Under the pieces are notes generated by a model. The model was given only the letters and a program-made list of their open reading frames with translations, was not told where the DNA came from and made no database searches. 64,000 nt of DNA from Candidatus Eiseniibacteriota bacterium (GTDB lineage: Bacteria; Eisenbacteria; RBG-16-71-46; JABDJR01): assembly GCA_963783375.1 (NCBI GenBank), contig CAWANH010000028.1, positions 960,001 through 1,024,000 on the forward strand. Reading direction: 5' to 3'. A program made the position numbers and the translations under genes. How positions within the stretch are numbered: position 1 is the stretch's first letter; every line of letters begins with the position of its first letter. This document shows, one piece after another, positions 1-8,358 of the stretch.

Positions 1-867
1 ACCTACGCCGACATCCCCTTCACCCCGATCTGGGACGACGAGGTCCTGGGCGGCGATCTCTCCAAGTACGACTGGCTCCATCTCCATCACGAGGACTTCA
101 CCGGCCAGTACGGGAAGTTCTACGCCACCTTCCGGGGCGCCGACTGGTACCGCGCCCAGGTGGCGCAGCTGGAGGCCGAGGCCCACAAGCTGGGCTACAA
201 GAAGGTGAGCGAGGAGAAGAAGGCGGTGGCGGAGACCATCAAGGACTGGGTGGCCCGGGGAGGGTTCCTCTTCGCCATGTGCAGCGCCACCGACACCTTC
301 GACATCGCCCTCGCCGCCCACGGGGTCGACATCTGCGCCCCGGAGTTCGACGGGGATCCCATGGACCCCGACGCCGACCGGAAGCTGGACTTCTCCCGTA
401 CCCTGGCTTTCCAGAATTTCCACCTGGTCACCAACCCGTACGAGTACGAGTTCTCGAACATCGACATGACCAACCAGGTGGCCCGGGCGCGGGGAGAGCA
501 GAACGACTACTTCACCCTCTTCGAGTTCTCGGCCAAGCAGGACCCGGTGCCCACCATGCTCACCCAGGACCACACCAACGTGGTGAAGGGCTTCCTCGGC
601 CAGACCACCAGCTTCAACAAGAAGCTCCTGAAGGACGGCGTCCTGGTCCTGGGGGAGCCGGAGGGGTGGCCGGACGTCCGCTACATCCACGGGGACTTCG
701 GCAAGGGGACCTGGACATTCCTGGGCGGGCACGACCCCGAGGACTGGGAGCACCGGGTGGGGGATCCTCCCACCGATCTATCCCTCCACAAGAACTCTCC
801 GGGATACCGGTTGATCCTGGACAACGTGCTCTTCCCGGCCGCGGAGCGGAAGAAGCAGAAGACGTGA
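1..867 (+). CDS. 5'-partial conserved protein of the FCB-group family commonly labelled 'asparagine synthetase B' (glutamine amidotransferase-like; function unverified)
   Basis: Frame is open from base 1 (TYADIPF...DWLHLHHEDFTGQYGKFY); motifs FAMCSATD, GGHDPED, SPGYRLIL; stop at 865-867. Confidence 0.7.
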   Translation, partial: TYADIPFTPIWDDEVLGGDLSKYDWLHLHHEDFTGQYGKFYATFRGADWYRAQVAQLEAEAHKLGYKKVSEEKKAVAETIKDWVARGGFLFAMCSATDTFDIALAAHGVDICAPEFDGDPMDPDADRKLDFSRTLAFQNFHLVTNPYEYEFSNIDMTNQVARARGEQNDYFTLFEFSAKQDPVPTMLTQDHTNVVKGFLGQTTSFNKKLLKDGVLVLGEPEGWPDVRYIHGDFGKGTWTFLGGHDPEDWEHRVGDPPTDLSLHKNSPGYRLILDNVLFPAAERKKQKT

Positions 868-1079
868 GCCCGGGGGCCGGCCCCGAACCCTGGATCCGGC
901 CTCTCCGCCGACGGTTACCGGGGCCCGGGGAGCCGGGCCGGGGGCAGGTTCGCCCTTGACGGGCGCCTAAACCGGCGGGAAACTACAGGTTGCGTCGTTC
1001 CCCGTGCATCCCGCAGCGGTCCTGGCATGTCGGTTCCGGCATGGGGTGGAATATCCTGAGTAGGGATGGGAGGTAGTCG

Positions 1080-1280
1080 ATGTCGCTCGAAGACCGAGGG
1101 TTCCCGGACTGTTTGAAATGTAATAACGGCCTGCTTCTTCCGCTCTCCGACTACGGCCGCGACGGGGCGCCGATCCGGTACAAGGCCTGGGTCTGCTCGA
1201 ATCCCAACTGCGGATTCAACGTCCGGATCGACAACGGGGAGATTTCCATCGGAAGGACCATCGGCACCTCGGTGAAGTAA
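1080..1280 (+). CDS. Small zinc-ribbon hypothetical protein (66 aa)
   Basis: GGAGG RBS upstream; CxxC (CLKC) and Cx4C (CSNPNC) pairs. Confidence 0.75.
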   Translation: MSLEDRGFPDCLKCNNGLLLPLSDYGRDGAPIRYKAWVCSNPNCGFNVRIDNGEISIGRTIGTSVK

Positions 1281-1329
1281 CCCCGCCGCTTCCTTCGTTC
1301 GCGACCGCCCGTCGAAAGGAGCCCTGCCT

Positions 1330-2070
1330 GTGATCCGCGCGGTCATCTTCGACCTCGACAACACGCTCACCGATTTCATGCGTGTGAAGGAGGTCGCGAT
1401 CGAGTCCGCGGCCGACAACATGCTGGACGCCGGGCTCGACGCCCGGTTGCCGCGCTCGGAAGGGGAATCGGCCCGCGACCGGACGATGCGACGAATCCGG
1501 GAGATCTACGACCGGGAGGGGATCGAATACCAGAAGGTGTTCAACACCTTCCTCCAGGAGGAGCTGGGGGAGGTGGATTACAAGTTCCTGGCCTCGGCCA
1601 TCGTCGGCTACCGCCGCGCGCGCGATTCCGCCCTGGTTCCCTATCCCCATGTGCTTCTCACCCTTCACCAGCTCATGCGACGGGGGCTCAAGCTCGGGGT
1701 GGTGAGCGACGCCCCGCGCGAAGGCGCCTGGCTTCGCCTGGTCTCCCTCAACCTGCACCACGTCTTCGACCAGGTGGTGACCTTCGAGGACACCGGCGTT
1801 CGCAAACCCGACCCCGCTCCCTTCCGCCTGGCCTTGAGCCGCCTGGGAGTCGCCGCCGAGGCGGCGCTCATGGTGGGGGACTGGCCGGACCGGGACATGG
1901 CCGGAGCCAAGGCGCTGGGTATGCACACGGTGTTCGCTCACTACGGGTTCTCGTGGTCCAAGGACCGGGACCCCATCGACATGCATCCTGCGGATCACGC
2001 GATCCACGACGTTCTGGAGCTGGTGGACATCGTGGACGGACTGAACCGGGAGGGAGAGGCCGCGTCCTGA
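1330..2070 (+). CDS. HAD-superfamily hydrolase, subfamily IA (TIGR02253-like)
   Basis: Motif I FDLDNTL, motif II VVSD, KPDP, motif IV GDWPDRD; AAGGAG RBS. Confidence 0.85.
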   Translation: MIRAVIFDLDNTLTDFMRVKEVAIESAADNMLDAGLDARLPRSEGESARDRTMRRIREIYDREGIEYQKVFNTFLQEELGEVDYKFLASAIVGYRRARDSALVPYPHVLLTLHQLMRRGLKLGVVSDAPREGAWLRLVSLNLHHVFDQVVTFEDTGVRKPDPAPFRLALSRLGVAAEAALMVGDWPDRDMAGAKALGMHTVFAHYGFSWSKDRDPIDMHPADHAIHDVLELVDIVDGLNREGEAAS

Positions 2071-2121
2071 CCGGGGGCGTTACGGTAGGGTTGCGCCCAC
2101 GCCCGAACCTCGAGGAGACGA

Positions 2122-2493
2122 ATGTCCCCCACTAGCGACTGGGAATTCGCCATCGGCGTGGACATCGCCGAGGTGGTCCGGATCCGGGCCGCGGTGCGCC
2201 GCTGGGGGGACCGGTTCCTGAAGCGCCACTTCACCGATCAGGAGATCGCCTACTGCCGGGGAAAGGCGCGTCCGGCGGAATCCCTGGCCGCCCGGTTCGC
2301 GGCCAAGGAAGCGTTCGCCAAGGCCTATCCCGGCCCGGAAACCCTGGCCTGGAAGGACGTGGAGGTGGTTCGCGCCGGAAGGAAGCCCATGTACCGGCTT
2401 CACGGCCCCGCCGCCCGGTGCGAGGCCAAGCTCTCCCTCTCCCACACCCACGCCCACGCGGTGGCGGTGGCCATGGTGCGTTGGAAATCGTAA
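2122..2493 (+). CDS. acpS: Holo-[acyl-carrier-protein] synthase
   Basis: IGVDI, AARFAAKEAFAKA, LSLSH motifs; GAGGAG RBS. Confidence 0.92.
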   Translation: MSPTSDWEFAIGVDIAEVVRIRAAVRRWGDRFLKRHFTDQEIAYCRGKARPAESLAARFAAKEAFAKAYPGPETLAWKDVEVVRAGRKPMYRLHGPAARCEAKLSLSHTHAHAVAVAMVRWKS

Positions 2494-2515
2494 GACCCTG
2501 AACAGCGAGGCATTC

Positions 2516-4102
2516 ATGCGACGACTGGTGACTTCGGAAGAAATGAAAGGGATGGACCGGGAGGCGATCGAGGACCGGCAGATCCCGGGCTACGACCTCA
2601 TGGAGCGGGCCGGACGCGGGGTTGCCGAATCCATCCTGGCCAACTTCAGCGACCTGGAAGACGCCCGGGTGGTGGTCCTGGCCGGCCCCGGAAACAACGG
2701 TGGCGACGGGTTCGTGGTGGCGCGGGTCCTGGACGACGCCGACATGCGGCCGGTGGTGATCCTGGTGGGCACCGAGCCGGACCGGCTCGCCGGGGACGCG
2801 GCCCGGGCCTACGCGGACTGGGCCAAGGCGGGGGGGGAGACCCTGGCCGCTCCGGATGAAGCGGCCTGGAAAGAGGCGCGGGACGAGCTGGCCGAGGCCG
2901 ACCTGGTGGTGGATGCGCTTCTGGGGACCGGGACCAAAGGGGCTCCGCGCGGCCTCATCGGCGAGGTGGTGGTGGAGCTGGAGGACATCGGGGCCCCCAT
3001 CGTGGCGGTGGACGTTCCCACCGGGGTGGACGCCGACGACGGCCGGGTGGAGGGGGCCTGCGTGAACGCGGATCTCACCGTGACCATGGCCCTACCCAAG
3101 CGCGGGCACTTCTTCTTCCCGGGACGCGCGTTCGCGGGGGCGCTGGAGTGGGTGGACATCGGCATCCCCGAGGACATCCTGGAACGGGGCGAGGGGCTCC
3201 GGGCCTACGTGATCGAAGCCGAGGACGTCATGGAGCGGCTTCCCGACCGCGAACCCGAGATGCACAAGGGGAACCGCGGGCGGCTCCTGGTGGTGGGGGG
3301 AAGCGCCGGGCTCACCGGGGCGGTGACCCTCTCCTCCCGGGCCGCGGTACGGGCGGGGGCGGGCCTGGTGACCGCCGGGGTGCCCCTGAGCCTGAACGAC
3401 GTCCTGGAGTTGAAGCTCACCGAGGTCATGACGCTTCCCCTCCCCGAGCTGGAAGTCCGGGCGCTGAGCCGCGAGGCGTTCGACTCCATCGCCCTCTTCC
3501 AGCCGGGACGGCTCACCGCGCTGGCGGTGGGACCGGGGGCGGGACGGCACCCCAGCACCCGGGCCCTGATCCAACGCATCATCCGGGAGATCGACCTCCC
3601 CACCGTGCTCGACGCCGACGGGCTGAACGCCTTCGCCGGAGAGGCGGACCTGCTTCGCCTGAGCGCGGCGGGAAGCCGGCTGGTCCTCACCCCGCACCCG
3701 GGGGAGTTCGCGGCGTTGACCGGGGAGGATCCGGGGACCATCCCCGAGCGCCGGATGGAGACGGCCTCGAAGTGGGCGCGGCGTCTCGGGGTGGTGATCG
3801 TGCTCAAGGGGGCGCCCACGGTGATCGCCGACCCCGAGAGCGACACCGTCTATGTGAACCCCACCGGCTCCGAGGCCCTGGCCACGGGGGGGACCGGCGA
3901 CGTGCTGACCGGCCTCATCTCCGGATTCATGGCCCAGGGCCTGGATTCGCTGGACGCCGCGGTGGGCGGCGTGTTTCTCCACGGCTACACCGCGGACTAC
4001 GTGGTGGAGGACTGGGGCTCGATCTACGGCTTCCAGGCCGGGGACCTCGTGGACTGGTTCCCCATGGCCATGGGCTATTTCCTGAACCCGCCGGAGCTGT
4101 AG
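2516..4102 (+). CDS. nnr: Bifunctional NAD(P)H-hydrate epimerase/dehydratase (YjeF)
   Basis: GPGNNGGDG, DALLGTG, AVDVPTG, HKG.RG, LDADGLN, LTPHPGEF, LATGGTGDVL; follows acpS. Confidence 0.93.
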   Translation: MRRLVTSEEMKGMDREAIEDRQIPGYDLMERAGRGVAESILANFSDLEDARVVVLAGPGNNGGDGFVVARVLDDADMRPVVILVGTEPDRLAGDAARAYADWAKAGGETLAAPDEAAWKEARDELAEADLVVDALLGTGTKGAPRGLIGEVVVELEDIGAPIVAVDVPTGVDADDGRVEGACVNADLTVTMALPKRGHFFFPGRAFAGALEWVDIGIPEDILERGEGLRAYVIEAEDVMERLPDREPEMHKGNRGRLLVVGGSAGLTGAVTLSSRAAVRAGAGLVTAGVPLSLNDVLELKLTEVMTLPLPELEVRALSREAFDSIALFQPGRLTALAVGPGAGRHPSTRALIQRIIREIDLPTVLDADGLNAFAGEADLLRLSAAGSRLVLTPHPGEFAALTGEDPGTIPERRMETASKWARRLGVVIVLKGAPTVIADPESDTVYVNPTGSEALATGGTGDVLTGLISGFMAQGLDSLDAAVGGVFLHGYTADYVVEDWGSIYGFQAGDLVDWFPMAMGYFLNPPEL

Positions 4103-4167
4103 ACGGGGACGGGGCAGGATGTCTTCCCCCCGGCGATCGGGGGTCAGGCGTAACCCGGGGGGCGAAC

Positions 4168-6675
4168 ATGATCGTGAAGAGGGCGATGACGAGAACGGCG
4201 GGGATCCGGCTGGCGGCCATGGCGATACTTCTCGCCGCGGCCGCCGGCGCCGCGGCGGCGGCGGAATGGGTCCCCCCCTACGAGCACTCCTTCTACCGCT
4301 TCGCGGCCGAGACCCAGGACGGGGCCTCGACCTTCCTGAACCCCGCCGGCCTGGCCGGTGGGGTGGGCACCAACCTCCTCCTGGAGCTCTCCGGGAACCA
4401 GGACGTCCTGGACGAGTTCGTGGGCGCCATGCAGGGGGGGCCGTGGGGTTTCGCCTACCGGCACCGGGACCTGACCGACGTTCCCCGTTCCAGCATCGAG
4501 GGTGACGCCGTCGTCGCCGACCCCTCCGACGCCGACCTCGACACCTACACCTTCGGGGCGGCGGTGGGCCCGCCGTTGATGAGGATCGGCGTCGCCCGGG
4601 TGTGGGGGAACGTGGACCGCCCGGGGAACGATCTCAGGACCTGGTCCTTCGGTCTCCAGTCGCGCCCCCTCCGCCAGCTCGCGTTCGGCCTCACGGTGGA
4701 GAACCCCGGCCATCCCCGCTACCTCGACGCCCGGCTCGATCCCCGCTACACCTACGGGGCGGCGATACGGCCGCTTCCCGGCTCCCCCGAGCTCCTCACC
4801 CTGAACGTGCAGGGAAGTCACGCCGACGGCTCGAGCCGGATCGACATGGCCTACGGGGCGCGGGTCCTGGCCCCCCGGGGGATCGAGGTGGCCCTGGCCG
4901 TCCACGACCGGAACGGGTTCTCCCCGGAGTTCGGCCTCTCGGTGACCGGGCATTTCGGAAACGGAGCGGCCTCGGCCCGGTCACGGAGCGTGAAGGGAAC
5001 CGGCGAGGACGTCCGGGGCTCGGTGGCGATCCAGGTCTACGACGAGTTCTGGCGGCGGTCGATGGCCGCGAAGCGGAGCGTGGCGGTTCTGCGACTCGAC
5101 GGAACCTACGAGGACACCGCCAGCGGCTTCGTGCTCCTGGGAGGGGAGACCCACGGCGCTCTCGACGTGATCCGCCGCATCCACGACGCGGCCGAGGATC
5201 CCGACGTGAGCGCTCTGGCCCTTCGGATCGGGAACGTCTCCGGGTCGTTCCTGGGCCCGGTGAGCGCCCAGACCGAGGAAATCCGCCATGCCCTGGTCGA
5301 CTTTCGCGGGAGCGGAAAGCCGGTCGTCGCCTACCTGGAGAACGTGGGGGGCGCCCCGGAGATGTACCTGGCCTCGGCCGCCGACCGCATCGTGATGCCC
5401 CCGCTGACCGGGGTCCAGGGAATCGGCGTGTCGGTGCACCTCACCCGCATGAAGCGGATGTTCGAGAAGATCGGGGTGGAGTGGGACGCCGACACCGCCG
5501 GGGTCTACAAGTCCACCTTCCACACCTGGTACACCGACTCCACCTCGGCCGCCCAGCGCGAGGAGATCGAGTCCCTGGTGGACGCGTCCTACCGTCACCT
5601 GATCGACACCATCCAGTCCGCGCGGGGGATAGCCGACCGGGACATGGCGGACATCGGGTCCGGCCGGATCGTCTTCCCCGAGGACTGCGTGCGGATGAAG
5701 CTGGTGGACCGGCTCGGCTGGTGGGACGACGCGCTCACCGAAGCGGGGGAACTCGCGGGCGGCCCCCCCGAAAAGAAGCCTCCGGCCATGCGGCTCCCCG
5801 ACCGCACCTATTGGAGCGAGCGATGGGTCCCGCCCCCCGCGGTGGCCCTGGTCCCGGTCTACGGGGACATCGCCTCGGGGAAGAGCGGCCGGAACTGGCT
5901 CCAGGGAGGTCGCACCATGGGCTCGGATACCGTGGTGGGGCAGCTTCGGGCCGCCGCCGCCTCCCCCGCGGTCCGGGCCGTCGTCCTGCGGGTGGACTCC
6001 GGCGGGGGGGCGGTTCTGGCCTCGGAGGAGATGCGGAAGGAGATCCGGCGGATCAAGAAGGAACGGAAGATCCCGATTCTGGTCTCCATGGGATCGGTGG
6101 CGGCGAGCGGCGGTTACTGGATCTCCATGGACGCCGACACCATCCTGGCCGACGCCATGACGGTGACCGGGAGCATCGGGGTGGTGTGGTCCCTGCCCGT
6201 GCTCCAGAACCTCTACGAAAGGGCCGGCCTGACCTCGGAGACCTTCAAGCGGGGGGAGCACACCGACATGTTCTCCTGGTATCGCCACTACACCCCCGAG
6301 GAAAAGCAGATGCTGGACGCCTCCCTCGACTACCTCTACGACGCCTTCGTCAAGGGGGTGGCGGAGGGCCGGGGCCTTCCCGAGGCCCGGGTCAGGGAGA
6401 TCGCCCAGGGGCGGGTGTACTTCGGGGATCGGGCCCGGGAACTCGGCTTGATCGACGGCATCGGGACGCTCGGGGACGCGGAGAGGGTGGCGGCGGCCAA
6501 GGCGGGGATCGCCGGCGACTATCGGGTGCTCACCTTCGGAGCGCCGGCGCGGACCGGCTTCCTGACCCGGATCCTGGCCCGGGCGGGGCTTCGTTCGCCC
6601 TTCCCCGAAGGTCTCCGGCTGCCGCTCTTCGCCGGCGGAACGGAACCGGCCCCCTCCCTCCCGCGGCTCCAGTAG
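4168..6675 (+). CDS. sppA: Signal peptide peptidase SppA (S49, tandem domains) with N-terminal signal peptide and beta-barrel-like domain
   Basis: AGVYKS (Lys), LRVDSGGG, SMGSVAASGGYWIS (Ser), TGSIGV; N-terminal FLNPAGL and beta-strand pattern; start is ATG 4168 or 4186, not 3148. Confidence 0.85.
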   Translation: MIVKRAMTRTAGIRLAAMAILLAAAAGAAAAAEWVPPYEHSFYRFAAETQDGASTFLNPAGLAGGVGTNLLLELSGNQDVLDEFVGAMQGGPWGFAYRHRDLTDVPRSSIEGDAVVADPSDADLDTYTFGAAVGPPLMRIGVARVWGNVDRPGNDLRTWSFGLQSRPLRQLAFGLTVENPGHPRYLDARLDPRYTYGAAIRPLPGSPELLTLNVQGSHADGSSRIDMAYGARVLAPRGIEVALAVHDRNGFSPEFGLSVTGHFGNGAASARSRSVKGTGEDVRGSVAIQVYDEFWRRSMAAKRSVAVLRLDGTYEDTASGFVLLGGETHGALDVIRRIHDAAEDPDVSALALRIGNVSGSFLGPVSAQTEEIRHALVDFRGSGKPVVAYLENVGGAPEMYLASAADRIVMPPLTGVQGIGVSVHLTRMKRMFEKIGVEWDADTAGVYKSTFHTWYTDSTSAAQREEIESLVDASYRHLIDTIQSARGIADRDMADIGSGRIVFPEDCVRMKLVDRLGWWDDALTEAGELAGGPPEKKPPAMRLPDRTYWSERWVPPPAVALVPVYGDIASGKSGRNWLQGGRTMGSDTVVGQLRAAAASPAVRAVVLRVDSGGGAVLASEEMRKEIRRIKKERKIPILVSMGSVAASGGYWISMDADTILADAMTVTGSIGVVWSLPVLQNLYERAGLTSETFKRGEHTDMFSWYRHYTPEEKQMLDASLDYLYDAFVKGVAEGRGLPEARVREIAQGRVYFGDRARELGLIDGIGTLGDAERVAAAKAGIAGDYRVLTFGAPARTGFLTRILARAGLRSPFPEGLRLPLFAGGTEPAPSLPRLQ

Positions 6676-6709
6676 CCGCCGGCGGGGACGCCGCCTCCGG
6701 CGGACGGGG

Positions 6710-7300
6710 CTACCGGAAGCGGAATCGCGCCTCGGGACCGTCCTCCTCGAACATGCCCAGGCTCGCCGCCCGCATGCGGGTGCGCGTCTCGTGCTCCAGG
6801 AGCTGGGTCTTGACGTCGAGCCCGTAGGCGTAGCCTCCCAACCGTCCCCCCGAGCCCACGACCCGGTGACAGGGAACGATGATGGGAATCGGGTTGGCCC
6901 CGTTGGCCCCGCCCACCGCCCGCACCGCCGAGGGCTGGCCGATGGACTGGGCGATCTCCTTGTAGGTCACGGTCTGGCCGTAGGGGATGTCGCGCAGGGC
7001 GTTCCAGACCCGGCGCTGGAAGGGGGTTCCCTGCTCCATGTCCAGGGGAAGCCGGAAGACGAGGCGATGGCCGGCGAAGTATTCCTCGAGCTGCTGCTTG
7101 ACCTCGGTGAACGGGGCCATGGCTTCGCGTCCCACCGAGCCATAGGTGCGCTCCACCTGGAACGGGAACCAGGCCGGATCCACCTTCAGGAAGACGGCGG
7201 CCAGGTGCTCCCCCCGGGCGACCAGACCCAGGGGCCCCAACGGGCTCTTCACCACGGTCCGCGTCAACGAAGGCTGGCTGAAATCGGCGGACAAACTCAT
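6710..7300 (-). CDS. ogt: Methylated-DNA-protein-cysteine methyltransferase
   Basis: GTPFQRRVW, IPYGQTVTY, RAVGGANGANP, active site PCHRV; GGAGG RBS before ATG 7300. Confidence 0.92.
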   Translation of the reverse strand: MSLSADFSQPSLTRTVVKSPLGPLGLVARGEHLAAVFLKVDPAWFPFQVERTYGSVGREAMAPFTEVKQQLEEYFAGHRLVFRLPLDMEQGTPFQRRVWNALRDIPYGQTVTYKEIAQSIGQPSAVRAVGGANGANPIPIIVPCHRVVGSGGRLGGYAYGLDVKTQLLEHETRTRMRAASLGMFEEDGPEARFRFR

Positions 7301-7502
7301 TACAATGCCTCCTAAAGTGACTTTCGAATGCATTATGAACCCATCCGGAAGGCAAACCAAGGACAAATCACCGTCCGGGAACCGGTTGACGGACCGCGGG
7401 TCCGGGGTCACCCTCTTGGTACTCCGCCGCGACCTCTTCGGTTCCCCCCCCCGGGACCCGCCGGGGACGTTCCGCGGAGCACCCCCTGGAGGATCGCGCT
7501 TC

Positions 7503-8301
7503 ATGCCCGCCCCCACGCGCTCGGACCTGATCGTCGCGCTCATCGCCGCCGGCCGGCGCCTCGACGCCCTGGGCCTGGTTCCGGCCCGGGACGGCAACCT
7601 CTCCGCGCGGCTTCCCCGCGGGGAGGGGACCCGGCGATCGCCTCCTCGTCACCGCCACCGGCCGGCGTAAGCGGGCGCTCACCGAAGCCGACTTCGTGGA
7701 GACGGACCTCGACGGCCGGGTTCACGGGCCGGGCCGCCCGAGCACCGAGATCGGCATGCATCTCGCCGTCTACCGCCTGCGTCCCGACGTGGGGGCGGTG
7801 GTCCATGCCCATCCCCCGGTGGCCGTCGGCTTCGCCAGCGCGGGCCTGGGCCTCACCGAGTGCCTCATGCCCGAGGTGGCGGTGAGCCTGGGCGCGGTTC
7901 CCCTCACCCCCTACGCCACTCCCGGCACTCCCGAGATCGAAGCGGCGATCGCCGAAACCGCCCGGGGCCACGAGGCCTTTCTCCTGGCCAACCACGGCGC
8001 GGTCACCCTCGGGGCCTCGGTGGACGAAGCGTTGGACCGCATGGAGACCCTGGAGCACTTCGCCCGCATCGCCCTGGTCACCCGTCTGCTGGGTGGGCCC
8101 AAGCCCTTGGGACGGGCGGACGTGGAGGCGCTGGAGGCCCTGCGCCGCCGGGCCGGCGACCTCCGGCCGGTGACCTGCGACCCGGCCGAGGGCCCCCGAG
8201 CCGCCTCCCCGATCCCCTCCGACCTCCCCTCCGATCTGGCCCTGACCGTGGCTGAGTCCGTTCGCGCAATCCTTGGCGAGTCGGTCCCGGATCGCGGTTA
8301 A
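7503..8301 (+). CDS. Class II aldolase/adducin family protein, frameshifted near 7620-7632
   Basis: N-terminal DGNLSAR in one frame; LLVTATG..K, PSTEIGMH, VVHAHP, LLANHG in the next; the break falls in G/C runs. Confidence 0.8.
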
Positions 8302-8358
8302 CCTCCAGCCCCGCCCGCCGATAACAACCTTCGGGACAAGAGGGTTCGTTTCAAGGCC

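Noticed and set aside
1022-1038. Sigma54-like TGGCAT-N5-TTCC upstream of the zinc-ribbon gene
   Set aside because: The conserved -12 GC is CC
3148-4167. 340-aa N-terminal extension of the 1175-aa SppA ORF
   Set aside because: Alternate frame over nnr with R/G/P-rich composition; the signal peptide starts at 4168/4186
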